A stretch of DNA of 64,000 nt, from positions 62,001-126,000 of the forward strand of contig NIVC01002336.1 in assembly GCA_002269645.1 (NCBI GenBank). Reading direction: 5' to 3'. The notes below the pieces were generated by a model that was not told the DNA's origin, searched no databases, and was given only the letters and a program-made list of their open reading frames with translations. Made by a program: the position numbers and the translations under genes. Source of the DNA: Macrostomum lignano (lineage: Eukaryota). How positions within the stretch are numbered: the first letter of the stretch is position 1; the number at the start of each line of letters is the position of its first letter. Below are positions 12,561 to 25,294 of this stretch, piece after piece.

Positions 12561-13864
12561 TCCCCTCTCTACCTATAGTCTTTCCTTCTCTTGTCTCCCC
12601 ACTCGCATCTCCCCTCTAGTGCCTCTCTATCTGAGTGCACGTCAAAACTACAGAACGGCCATGTATAGTACAGTAACTCCTTAATTAGTTGTAGTTGTGC
12701 ATGCGTAGCATAGTTACAGTATTTCAGTTTTACAGCATAGTTACAGTGATCGGGCATATTTATTATCAACATTAGAGTGCCTGTTGCTGCTCATTACGTG
12801 GCGTTTAATAATAGCTTTAAGCTTTCATAACAAATCAGTACCAATTTTCGCCAAACAACTGTGACTGTGCCACGCATACACAACTAATTAGAAGATTGCT
12901 ACGAGTGGCCGTTCTGATGTGCGTGGATCAAGACATAGAGGAATCCACGTCAAAACGGCTCGATCTCTCCTTCCGCCTCCTATTCTATAGTTTCTTTCCC
13001 AGCAACTTCCCTTTGAAGTTGCCCGCCCGCCTTTAGCAATCGAAAGAATGGAGCCTTGGCGACTGCGTTCTGCTATATAATTCGTTAATTCCTTCCTGTG
13101 GCCAGCTCCAGTTCCAGCTGATCGAAATTCATCAATATCCCCGTCGCTAATCCCCCCCCAGCCAGCAGGAAGAGAGCAAGCAGCATTGCACAGGCAATTA
13201 ATGGCTCAAGTGGGAAATCTGGCACGCCGCTTCCAGTGCAGTAGCACTTACAGCCCCCCAGGCGGCCGTCGCTTACATTGTCTAATATGATTTTTCCTCT
13301 TAAGTGGCGGGCCTGCTGCCGGCCAAATGCCTTCTCAGGTTTGGCCATTTCCTGTGCCCATATAATACTCACAGCTCGCGAACAATATCTTTGTTAATAT
13401 TTGTCAAGCATGATCCTCTCTCTACCAAGTTAGGCTATGGGATTTCTTACTTGTCTTACGACGAATAAGCAAACCACAGTGGCGAATCATGTTTTAGATT
13501 GAACATTTTTTTCATTAATCTGCGCGCCTACAAGCAGATCTTGCGCCCAATTCCCGGGAGAAACGCTAGAACGACACGTTTTGCTTTTTTTAGACTTCTG
13601 CTTCTAGTAGGAAGATATTCTTAAGAATATCTTTGGAACGCAGAAAAACGACGGGAAAAGCTATGGACTTTTATATTGGCAGCCGGACAATAGCGTAGTA
13701 GAAACAAAAAGTACGCACAAAATCTATCATTGCACCTGCTTCACCCCGGCCACGATCCCTAGTAACTATTATTTGATTTTTTGCTAAAACCCCAAACTCT
13801 AATCCTGAATTCGAATTCCTAATCGAGAACCCGAAACCTTAATTTGAACCTTAACCTCCAACCT

Positions 13865-13968
13865 GAAACCCTAATCTAAAAACCGAAACCCTGATCTCGA
13901 ACCCGAAACCCCAATCTCGAACCCGAAACCCCAATCTCGAACCCGAAACCCCAATCTCGAACCCGAAA
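13865..13968. repeat. Short 20-bp tandem repeat
   Basis: AACCCGAAACCCCAATCTCG, 4-5 copies. Confidence 0.85.
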
Positions 13969-14155
13969 TTTTACGAGTAGCTTGTAACTTTTGTTTCCTT
14001 TCTCTGATTTTAAGGATCTTAAAGTTAATAATATGAAGAAGAGAGTTGCCGCTATAAAATTGTGCAAAATGATGTTTTCTTGGATCATCAGAATAAGAGG
14101 TATAATGAAAAAAAGTAATGAATAATGAAATGAAAACTTTTGGGACAGCCCTCGT

Positions 14156-14544
14156 AGATGGGCCACTCAGACGTCTAGATACTTAGTAAAAACAGCTTTC
14201 TACTTTCAGTTCAGTAGCAAAGAAGAATAATAAGCTATTTTATAAAAAAAAGCAGCTGAACTTTGATCACTTTGAAGCCCAAGCTTTCAGGCGTAAAACA
14301 ACTTGCTAATTGGTTCAGCAATAATATACATTAGCCACTGAAATGTACATAGCAGCTGTAGGCTGGAAGGCAATAAAATTGGGGCGGAGCGGGAAGTGGA
14401 AAGGCGCGGTTGGAGTGTTTAAGCTGTGGGGGGGATTAAAGCCAATAAATGAGCCTTGGCTTTAAAAATACATTAAAATGCTTCTGTTTAACTTACTACT
14501 GAACTGAAAGTAGCTTACACGCAAATGTGCTGGGTGGCCTATCT
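14156..14544. mobile_element. MITE-like element, copy 1
   Basis: Imperfect terminal inverted repeats (AGATGGGCCACTCAG) and subterminal CTACTTTCAGTTCAGTAG at both ends; inverted homolog at 52046-52507. Confidence 0.75.
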
Positions 14545-15029
14545 GGGTTATTCTAGTATCTGTGGCTTATACCCATTCAATTTCACCCATCAAGCGAGCC
14601 AATTGTTGTAAAATTAAAACTAAGGCAAGAATTGAAGCAGCCCAGCTTCAGTGCACAGTCCAGCGCGCAAAATCTACATTGGATTGAGGCTACCTACAAT
14701 TTAAATGTACATTTAAACCCCGGTGTGTACATTCATTCTGATTCCAGCAGGTCCCGCGCAGCCAGAAAGAGAGAGAGAGGAGGAGGGGGAGAGCGCCGCA
14801 GAGGTCAATGTACATTTCGATCTGGGTGCACATTCTAATTGCAACTCCACACAGCCACAGATAAAAGGAGAGATAGAGATAAGAGAGAAAGGAGGAGAAG
14901 GGCGCCGCAGGGCCTTTCCATCCTGTTGATATAAACTATCTCGGTGTCTGAAACAAGCCAACAGGAGCTTGAAACACTCGATTCCAGGCCCGCCAGGCGC
15001 CAGCTAAACCAGCTAAGCCAGAACGCGCA

Positions 15030-17667
15030 ATGGAGAAACGCATCAAAGTGATGAAGCGGCACGCTCTGTTAAACAATTCGTCGGAGCTGAAGGACTTAAT
15101 GAAGGACCCATCAGACTGCAACAACTACAACGGCTCGGCTGGACCGCTGCACTCCGCGGCGATGAATGACAGCTTCGATGCGGCTAAGCTCCTGCTAGAC
15201 AACGGACTGGGCATTGACGCGGTCAGTCCACAGGGCACCACGCCGCTGCACGTGGCCGCAAGGCACAACTCTGAGGCCGTCGCCGAACTGCTGATTAGGT
15301 GCGGCGCCAACCGGATGGCCCTGGACGCCTCCGCCAAGACGCCGCTGATGCTGGCGGCCGAGCTCGGCCATTCGAGTATCGTGGAGCTGCTGCTGCGCCA
15401 GGATCCATTTGGAGCCGTCAGCCTGGAGCTGCGGGACAGCGTCGGGAACGCGGCGCTGCACCTGGCCGCTGCCGGTGATCATGCGGAGGTGGCGAACCTT
15501 CTGGTCAGCTGGAAGGCCAACCTGCTGGCGTTGAATGACGATGGCGAGACGGCGGTGAACGTGGCCGAGCGCTGCGGCAGCAGGCGGGTGCTGGAAGTGC
15601 TGGTGCCCAGGATGCCAGGGTCGCGTCATTCGCTACCGGCTGACAAGGTTGCTGGGGAGATTGCTGAATTGGTGAATTAGTGTATTAGTGTATTAGTGAA
15701 TTAGTGAGTTAGTGAATTAGTGAATTTGTGAATTGGTGAATTTGTGTATTAGTAAATTGGTGAAATTGTGTAGTAGTGAATTTGTGTATTAGTGAATCAG
15801 TGAATTGGTTGATTGGTAAATTTGTGAAGCTGTTAACTGTTAAATCCATAATTTTTTAAATAAAAAATTCGTGAATCGGTGAGCTCGTGAACCTGTGAAT
15901 CAGCTGATTTGTTGATCAGCCAACCAAACCCATTGCACTGCAGCAGTCCGACTGCTCAGCCATGGACCTCGCGCTGGTGGTGCTGCAGAATCGAATCCAG
16001 GACCTTCGCGAAGCGGAACTCGACCAGCTGGCCGAGCGCACAGCCGACGGCAAAACGCTGCTTCACTGGGCGGTCGTGCGCGACTCCATCGACTGCGTGG
16101 AGTACCTGCTGGGCGCAGGGCTCGGGGCTGACGATCTCGACGCCACCGGCGCCGCGCCGCTGCACTATGCGGCGTTGAACTGCGCCGACCGCTGCTGCGC
16201 CGTCCTCATCGACTCTGGCGTCGATGTCAATCGTCGGGAGACGACGCTCGGCCTGACGCCGCTGATGATGGCGGTCGACGTGGACGCTGTGGCCACGGCG
16301 CGACGCCTGCTGGGCACCGGTCGGCTGCGTCTCGACCTGGCCGACCGGGACGGCGAGACGGCGCTGATGCACGCAGCGAGGCGCAGCAACGAGGAGCTGA
16401 CGCGCCTGCTACTGCCCGCAGTCGGCGCCGATGCTAAGCTGCTGGCACAGAAGAACAGCTCCGGCCTGTCAGCCATCGAGATCAGCCACCTGCTAGGCCA
16501 CCGGGCGGTGTCCGAACTGCTAGAGCCCTACCGGCCTTCGCTGGACGTGTACCCGAGGCGGAATCCCAAGAACGGCTACTGCCTCATTATCAACCAGATT
16601 TACAGATCCAATGACCTCGACAACATTCGACGCGGCTCCGAGCAGGATGTGAAGCGAATCTACCAGCTCTTCCAGACTGACCTGCATTTTCGGGTGCACG
16701 AGAGGCCGGACCTCGATAGCGAGGGCATGATTGCCGAGATGCGCAAGATTGCTAATAGCGGCGTGCTGGCCGACATTGACTATTTTGTGTGCTTCATCCT
16801 GGCACACGGCCACGGCGACGCGGTGCAGGGCACTGACGGCAAGCTGGTTGAGCTCCGCGACATAGCCCTGCAGGTGTGACTCGCTTGCCGTCAGTGCTTG
16901 CCCTCAGCAGCTACCTTACTCTGCAGCCACCTCACTCCGCAGCCGCCTCACTCCGCAGACACCTCACTCCCCAGCCACTTCACTCCGCAGCCACCTCACT
17001 CCGCAGCCACCTCACTCCGCCGCCTCACTCCGCAGCCACCTCACTCCGCAGCCACCTCACTTCGAAGCCACCTCACTCCGCAGCCACCTCACTCCGCAGC
17101 CACCTCACTCCGCAGCCACCTCCGCAGCCACCTCACTCCGCAGCCACCTCACCCCGCAGCCACATCACTCGAAGCCACCTCACTCGCAGCCACATCACTC
17201 GAAGCCACCTCACTCTACATCTTGCAATCAGTTTGCTTATGATTAATGCACCCCAACCCCCCAAGGTGGACGCCGAGCACTGCCCAGACCTGGTTGGTAA
17301 GCCGAAGGTCTTCTTCATCCAGGCCTGCCGCACCCGAGGCGACACCGGTATGCAGTACTTTCAGTCTAAGCCCGAGCCGGAAGACAACGCCAAGAAGGCG
17401 CCGTTGAAAATTTCAAAGTACATCGACTTCTTATTCGGCTTTTCAACTTGGGAAGATTGCCTGTCTTACAGGTCGATATACAGAGGCTCCTTGTACATTC
17501 AGAAGCTGTGCGATGTAATCGAGGAGAATTACGACAAGATGGACCTGCTCAAGATGATGACTCACGTCTGTCGCGAGGTCGGCTCGACCCCCGGGCCGGG
17601 GAAAGGCTCCACCTGCTACATGGTACCGAATATCAAGAGCAGCCTGCAGAAGGATTTCCGGTTTTAA
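15030..17667 (+). CDS. Ankyrin-repeat caspase (peptidase C14), 3 exons, about 649 aa
   Basis: Exons 15030-15647, 15944(or 15947)-16873 and 17266-17667, all phase-0 GT-AG. Ten ANK repeats (e.g. GTTPLHVAA, GLTPLMMAV) precede GYCLIIN..RRGS..D, ILAHG (His), KPKVFFIQACRT (Cys) and the small subunit DFLFGFST..SYR..GS. Confidence 0.88.
15660..15830. repeat. Degenerate ~10-bp repeat in caspase intron 1
   Basis: GTGAATTAGT-like units. Confidence 0.8.
16910..17215. repeat. Minisatellite in caspase intron 2
   Basis: CACCTCACTCCGCAGC-type units. Confidence 0.9.
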
Positions 17668-18049
17668 AAGTGGAGATGGAACTGGGAACTGAGTGTGTAT
17701 ATTTGCACTGTCTGCGGGTTTACCTGGGTGCATGGACAGGTTTACATACGTTTTCAGTGCCTGTACAATAGTCGATATTTACACCAGCAAATAATTGCAC
17801 TAAAAAGAACCAAAGAACCTCTTGATAAAGAGGTTAAATTAGGTTGAATTTCTTAGGTTTTGTATAAAAACGTTTTTTGAGCAGCGCTTATTCAATCAAT
17901 ATCATGCTAATTGCGTCAATTTTATTGAAACTTTAAAATCTAAACTTGTCATTACATTCTTTTGTGTAAATGATAACATATTTGATAAGTACATGCATTC
18001 ATTTGGAATGCATTCTACAGTACATTTATCACGGAATACTCAACACTAG

Positions 18050-18965
18050 CTTTGTGTACACAAGAATACCTAAGAGTCTGTTCACAAGAATACATAAGAA
18101 TCTATTCACAAGAATACCTAAGAGTCTGTTCACAAGAATACCTAAGAATCTATTCACAAGAATACCTAAGAGTCTGTTCACAAGAATACCTAAGAATCTA
18201 TTCACAAGAATACCTTATGATCTACCTGGGAATCTATTTACAAGAAAACCTAAAGATCTATTCAAAAGAATAGCTAATAATCTATTCACAAGAATACCTA
18301 ATAATCTGTTCACAAGAATACATAAGAGTCTGTTCACAAGAATACATAGGAGTCTGTTCACAAGAATACATAAGAGTCTGTTCACAAGAATACATAAGAG
18401 TCTGTTCACAAGAATACCTAAGAATCTATTCACAAGAATACCTAAAGATCTGTACCTAAGAATCTTTTAAGAAGAATATCTAATGATCTGTTCAAAAGAA
18501 TACCCACGACTGTATTCACAAGACTACCTAATGATCTGTTCACAAAAATACGAGTACGTCCTGAGAATCTATTCACAAGAATACCTGAAGATCTGTTCAC
18601 AAGAATACCTAAAGATCTGTTCACAAAAATACCTAAAGATCTGTTCACAAGAATACCTGAAGATCTGTTCACAAGAATACCTAAAGATCTGTTCACAAAA
18701 ATACCTAAAGATCTGTTCACAAGAATACCTGAAGATCTGTTCACAAGAATACCTAAAGATCTGTTCACAAAAATACCTAAAGATCTGTTCACAAGAATAC
18801 CTAAAGATCTGTTCACAAAAATACCTAAAGATCTGTTCACAATAATACCTAAAGATCTGTTCACAAGAATACCTGAAGATCTGTTCACAAGAACACCTGA
18901 AGATCTGTTCAAAAGAATACCAACGAATGTATTCACAAGACCACGATCTGTTCACAAGAACACTC
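18050..18965. repeat. 24-bp minisatellite
   Basis: GATCTGTTCACAAGAATACCTAAA and variants. Confidence 0.95.
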
Positions 18966-20270
18966 TACTTATGTGCCCACAAGCTTAAAGATCTGTTTAT
19001 AAAAAATGTACCGTCTTTATTTATCAGAAATCGTTGGCAGCTCTAGTTGATAAATCTAATCACGAGCGCAGTATCTATGCCAAAAACAGCGGTTATATTC
19101 ATCGCTAGATAAGGAAAGGAAAGATTGGCTGGTGAACTGCAGTGCCGGTTATTCTAAATCCGCGAGTGCAGGGCTTGAATTGCACAAAGTAATGCGACTG
19201 GATTCGAACTCGGCGATTATCATATCTTCATAGCAGCTAAGATTCTCCTATGAAACCGCTAAATTCACAATTCAATTTTAGTAAACGAATATGCCAGACG
19301 AGAATTGGGCGGCTAAGTTTGACCACTCCATCAAACTAAGAATCTGCCGGGCCTCAGCGAACGACTAATTAGAGAAATCAGTAACTGCTTGGTCTTGTCT
19401 ACACTAGGGCTAATCGGAAACAACATCTCTCCTATATCCACCTAGGCCTGCGCGGACGCTTGCACTAAAACTGGCAAACAGCTTCATCAAGATTTTGGAG
19501 ATTATATAATACACAGGCTATTCATCAAACTTTCCTGGTCTTCAAAAGCGCTAAAGAAACTTTCTGTCCATTGGATACCTGGAACAGCTAGTCATGGTGT
19601 CTGCAACTCGGTTTTGACACACACACCTGTGTCTGCAACTCGGTTTTGACACACATTCATTTCAACATAATATATATATCCACACATATCTCCGCAATCT
19701 GTCTAAAACCTCAGTTAATGCGCAAACTTCAGTAACTATACATAATTAAAACGGTGGCAAAACCGCTTTCACTTTAGTATTATCGTTCAAGCTGTACGTA
19801 TCTGGAACCATTCGTACAATGGTATCGATATTGTATCGAGCTGGCACGAGTGCTGAACAGTGCAATTATGTCATTTCGAATGGCACTGACTAAGCTAGCT
19901 CAACATACGGCCTTTACTAAATATGCAGACCCCACCCCACGGGTGCTGACAGCAACAGGAGGCAGGTCCCCTAGAGCCGGGCGGTCTGGCTAAGCAATGC
20001 TAGCTACTCTCTTACTTATGCTAAAAGCTTAGCAAAGTAGCCAAACCCAGCAAGTGTTCGCGCACAACCGGAGGCGCGCCGGGAGGCCAAGGGGGAGGGG
20101 CGAAGGGCGCTTGCGAGTTGCTTGAGACGCCTAAAGCAACAAATGAAAAGCGAAAAAGGATATTCCATTAGCTTGGCGTGTGAAAGCCAAATAAACAAGG
20201 CTAAAAGCTGACACTTGCAGCAGAGACCGCAGCAGATTGCCAGACAGCCAACGCCCGCCCGGACAGTCGC

Positions 20271-22696
20271 ATGGGCAACTGCCTGTTCTCTCGGAGGGGT
20301 CGCTACGCCACCACTCAGCAGAAGAAGCTTGTCGACGGCGAAAGCTGCGCCACCATCGCCTCCGTTGTAGCCGCAGCAGCGGCCCCGACCGAGGCGGCCT
20401 CCGCCTCCGCCTCCGCAGCCTCGGCTGTTCAAATGCGAGCCCTGTACGATTTCGAGAAACAGGCCGACGACGATTTATCATTTAAAAAGGACGACATCCT
20501 AGACTTGGTGGACAATTCCAGCGGCGAGTTCTGGTGGCTGATGCGCAACCAGCGCACAGGTGACAGCGGCTACGTGCCCTGCAACTACATCCAGCCGTAC
20601 GACGGCGGCCCAGCCTCCCTTACCGCCTGGTTTGACGTTGACAGACGCGAGGCCGAGCGCTGCCTCCTCATGCCGGGCGTGCCGCATGGCAGCTTCATCC
20701 TGCGGCCGTGCGGCCAGCGCTCCGAGTCCGGCGCGTTCAGCCTCAGCGTGCGGACAGATGAGGACTTGGAGGCGCAGCAGCAACAACAGCAGAAGGTGCT
20801 AGTGAGGCACTACATTGTGCGGCCAACAGACGAAGGCGGATTCTACATCAGTCCCAATAGGCGATTTTCGAGCCTGATCGAGCTGCTGGAGCACTACCAA
20901 CAGCAGCAAGACGGCATGTGCTGCCAGCTGGGGCTGCCCTGCCCGAGGGAGTACGTGCCGCCGCCTCAGCTGCGCGACTTCGAGCTCAACAGGCAGCTGC
21001 TCAGCTTTGTTGAAAAACTGGGTCAGGGATCGTTCGGCGAGGTGAGCGGCTAGAGCTGGGGATCAGAGATTCTGGCTGCTCAGTCTGAGGATTTGAGATT
21101 CTGGCTGCTCAGTCTGAGGATTTGAGATTCTGGCTGCTCAGTCTGAGGATTTGGGATTCTGGCTGCTTAGTCTGAGGATTTTGGGATTCTGGCTGCTCAG
21201 TCTGAGGATTTGGGATTCTGGCTGCTCAGCCTGATGATTTGGGATTCTGGCTGCTCAGTCTGAGGATCTGGGATTCTGGCGGCTCAGCCTGAGGATCTGG
21301 GATTCTGGCTGCCCAGTCTGAGGATTTGGGATTCTGGCTGCTCAGCCTGAGGATTTGGGATTCTGGCTGCTCAGCCTGAGGATTTGGGATTCTGGCTGCT
21401 CAGCCTGAGGATCTGGGATTCTGGCTGCTCAGTCTGATGATCTGGGATTCTGGCTGCTCAGTCGGAGTATCTGGGATTCTGGCTGCTCAGCATGAGTATC
21501 TGGGATTCTGGCGGCTCAGTCTGAGTATCTGGGATTCTGGCTGCTCAGCCTGAGTATCTGGGATTCTGGCTGCTCAGCCTGAGTATCTGGGATTCTGGCT
21601 GCTCAGTCTGAGGATCTGGGATTCTGGCTGCTCAGCCTGAGTATCTAGGATTCTGGCTGCTCAGTCTGAGGATTTGGGATTCTGGCTGCTCAGCCTGAGT
21701 ATCTGGGATTCTTGCTGCTCAGTCTGAGGATCTGGGATTCTGGCTGCCCAACCTGAGGATCTGGGAGGCTGGTGATCAAGCAGTCTGTAATTGTCGTATT
21801 TATTCTGTCTGTTATTGCATAATTGGGACTCAAAAAGTTGTCTCTTTAGCGGGAAGCATCTCCGAGGATCACCAAAGAGTTTCGCATCGCTCGCTGCCTC
21901 CCTCGCATGCGCACAGGTGTGGAAAGCCAGACTGGGCCGCCTATTGGAGGTGGCGGTGAAGAGCATGAAGGAGGCCACTATGAACAAGGCGGACTTTCTC
22001 AGCGAGGCGGAGAAGATGCACAAGCTGCACCACCCAAAGATTGTGCAACTGGTAGGAGTGTGCACCCGCGAAGAGCCATTCTACATCGTCACGGAGTTCA
22101 TGCCGAATGGCGCCCTAACGGCCTACCTGAGACGAGACAACGAGCAAGGCCGCAGAGTGACCTTCGGGCACATGATTGACATGCTATTCCAGGTGGCTGA
22201 CGGCATGTGCTACCTGGAGCAGAAGCGCTTCATTCACCGCGACCTGCGAGCGGCCAACATTCTAGTCGGCCTTAACAACACCGTCAAAGTTGGCGACTTC
22301 GGCCTGAGCCGCTGCATCGAGGAGGAGGCCTACTGCTTCAAGGAGGGCACCAAGTTTCCAATCCGATGGACCGCCCCGGAGGCGGCCAAATCCAAGGCGT
22401 TCACGCACAAATCCGACGTTTGGTCCTTTGGAATTTTAGCGTACGAGGTCGTGACGAGAGGCGGCCTGCCCTACCCGGAGTACAGCAACTGCGACATCCT
22501 GCGGCTGGTGTGCGGCGGATACCGGATGGCCAACCCCAGCTGTCCGGCAGGCGGGGTGCCCTGCGACCAGTTCCTGTACGAGAGCGTCATGCTGGCCTGC
22601 TGGCGGCTGGAGCCGGCCGCCAGGCCCACCTTTGCCGCGCTGAGGAACCTGCTTGAGAACTATTTTGTTGAGAAGCAGCCCCAGTATGAGCACTGA
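20271..22696 (+). CDS. Src-family non-receptor tyrosine kinase A (SH3-SH2-kinase), 2 exons, about 516 aa
   Basis: Exons 20271-21041 and 21917-22696, phase 0 (GQGSFGE|VWK). MGNC myristoylation/palmitoylation start, ALYDF SH3, FILRPC SH2, HRDLRAAN, DFG, KFPIRWTAPE, C-terminal PQYEH. Confidence 0.93.
21055..21765. repeat. 29-bp minisatellite in the kinase A intron
   Basis: GATTCTGGCTGCTCAGTCTGAGGATTTGG units. Confidence 0.95.
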
Positions 22697-23245
22697 AGCA
22701 GTCATAAGACAGTCATAGCGGGGGAAACTAAAGCAGTCATAGCAGGGGATAGCAGGGGACACTGAAGCAGTCATAGCAGGGGATAGCAGGGGACACTGAA
22801 GCAGTCATAGCGAAGGAAAAGCAGTCATAGCAGGGGAAACTGAAGCAGGTCATAGCGGGGAAAAGCAGTCATAGCAGGAGAAACTGAAGCAGGTCATAGC
22901 GGGGAAAGCAGTCATAGCAGGGACACTGAAGCAGTCATACCAGGAGAAACTGAAAGCAGTCATAGCAAAGAAAAGAAGTCTTTGCAGGGGAAACTGAAAG
23001 CAGTCATAGCAGGGGAAACTGAAAGTAGTCATAGCGGAGAAAAGCAGTCATAGCGGGGAAAGCAGGCATAGCAGGGACACTGAAGCAATAATAGCGGGGA
23101 AGGCAGCTATAGCAGGGACACTGAAGCAGTCATAGCGGGGACACTGAAGCAGTCATAGCAGGGACACTGAAGTAGTCATAGCAGGGAAACTGAAGCAGTC
23201 ATAGCAGGGAAACTGAAAGCAGTCATAGCACTGAAGCGGACAGTG
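22695..23245. repeat. Degenerate minisatellite directly after the kinase A stop
   Basis: GCAGTCATAGCAGGGGAAACTGAA-like units. Confidence 0.9.
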
Positions 23246-24224
23246 ATAGCGAGGGCACAGTAACAGTCACTGAACTCTATTCCCTATCTGGATATTGTTA
23301 GATACATAATTTGCTAAGCTTATGCTCAATGGTTTAAATGAAAATTTGTCAGCTATTTAAAGTAAAAGCAGTCACAGATAAAGTAGGCAATAATTCATTA
23401 ATATTCAGCAAATCGCATGATGAAAATTCGACAAGCGAAATTGTCAGTTTCAACGAAGCGGCATTAATAATAACAATATATTTGGATTTGTGTTGCATAC
23501 CTGTTTAAAAATTGGGTCCACCTCTTTTATACTGCAAAATTGGGAACATATCAACTGACAGTCTTGACTGTTTAAATATATATAAATTATGTAGAGAGAA
23601 TTACAAAGGGCAGGGACAGTCATAAGGGAGCAGAGCCAATCACATTTGCCATAAATCACATCGTTGCATTAAGCAAAAAACGGTGCAGGCATTATTATAT
23701 TACGATATAATTATTGAAATGGGAGAAAATATAAATCAAGACGAGCCGAACACACTGCACGCTACTACAAGTAGAATAACGCGCGACTTCTGTCGGGATA
23801 TTAAAAAAATAGATTGAGAAATGAATAAAGAAAATAGGATATTTTGGTTGAGGCTAATGGGGACGCGGAATACAGTTAGTATTGAGTGCATGTATGATGA
23901 CAGTAGTGAGAGTGTTTGAAGTTTGATAGAAAAAAAAATTCTGTTCAAGTCAAACAGTAATCCTCAACCGTGGGGTGAGCGAGTGAAAAAAACTACTAAT
24001 AATAAAACCCGGCCTGTCCAATTGACACAACAGGCTTCATTTCATATCTTGCTTTCACGAATAGTTCGATATTTTTACAAGCTAAGCGCAACGAACTCGA
24101 CTGAGTAGAGACTGAGTATCAAAGCCAGAATATTATGGTCAGACTCGAGCTTAATTTATAAAGCGCTCACAAAATCTGCGATGACGTAATAGGGGCAATT
24201 GCTTCTGGAAGAAACTTTAATATA

Positions 24225-24660
24225 TGAAGGATTGGGCAGGGAGGCAAATGAAGGGATTGAAGGGAGGCGATAAAGATTGGGCAGGGAGGGAAATGAAGGG
24301 ATTGAAGGGAGGCGATAAAGATTGGGCAGGGAGGCAAATGAAGGGATTGAAGGGAGGCGATAAAGATTGGGCAGGGAGGCAAATGAAGGGATTGAAGGGA
24401 GGCGATAAAGATTGGGCAGGGAGGGAAATGAAGGGATTGAAGGGAGGCGATAAAGATTGGGCAGGGAGGCAAATGAAGGGATTGAAGGGAGGCGATAAAG
24501 ATTGGGCAGGGAGGCAAATGAAGGGATTGAAGGGAGGCGAAAAAGATTGGGCAGGGAGGCAAATGAAGGGATTGAAGGGAGGCGATAAAGATTGGGCAGG
24601 GAGGCAAATGAAGGGATTGAAGGGAGGCGATAAAGATTGGGCAGGGAGGCAAATGAAGGG
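24225..24660. repeat. 45-bp minisatellite
   Basis: AAAGATTGGGCAGGGAGGCAAATGAAGGGATTGAAGGGAGGCGAT, about 10 copies. Confidence 0.95.
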
Positions 24661-25294
24661 GCTAAATTGCTGATATAGATTCTGAACGGCGGGAAACAAA
24701 GGAAAATAGGATTTAAAACTTGGGATCAACACGGGAAACTTAAAACCGCTACTCAACCAGTGCAAGGTTTCAGAGCTCAGCATGTTTATTGTGTACTTAT
24801 AAAAAAATAAAACGCCCTCGCCCTACATTGCATTATTGATCGACACAGCAGCACATTTAGCAGGACACGATCGGCGTGGGTATAAAAAATTAACGCGCAT
24901 TGAAAATGAAACAAAAATTTGCTCGAATATATTACTTATAGTAGCAAACAAGTGAAACTCTGGTAATTTCATTTTCATATAAGACACAAGCACGGACACA
25001 GATTTAGGTCAATTTTGTAATTTTGTTCAGGATTCAATTTAAAAAAAAATAGTAAGTAGACAATGTAATAATATACTTAGTCAAAGAGTTTTGGATTGCA
25101 CAACAATAAAAATCTGTCTGTATATAAGTCATACGGTAACTCTGCCCCTTGGAAATCGGTATTTCACTATGTTATATAGATAGACAAGTTCAGCTTGAAT
25201 GAATGAATCAATGAGCAGCGATCGCCTCAGTCAATCAATCAATCCATCTAGTTAGTCAGTCAGACCCCAGTTGGAAAATACCCCTAATCCAGGC

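Noticed and set aside
13085-13372. 95-aa ORF with a hydrophobic stretch
   Set aside because: Non-ATG start, no recognisable motif and no supporting splice partners
15125-16813. Antisense and alternative-frame ORFs over GC-rich genes (also over the kinases, Rab7 and cathepsin L)
   Set aside because: Shadow ORFs expected from GC-rich codon usage
16876-17265. Repeat-encoded N-terminal extension of the last caspase exon
   Set aside because: It lies between a good GT donor (16874) and AG acceptor (17264-17265); splicing restores the canonical caspase alignment
19596-19655. Duplicated 27-bp motif GTGTCTGCAACTCGGTTTTGACACACA
   Set aside because: Only two tandem copies; consistent with a simple local duplication
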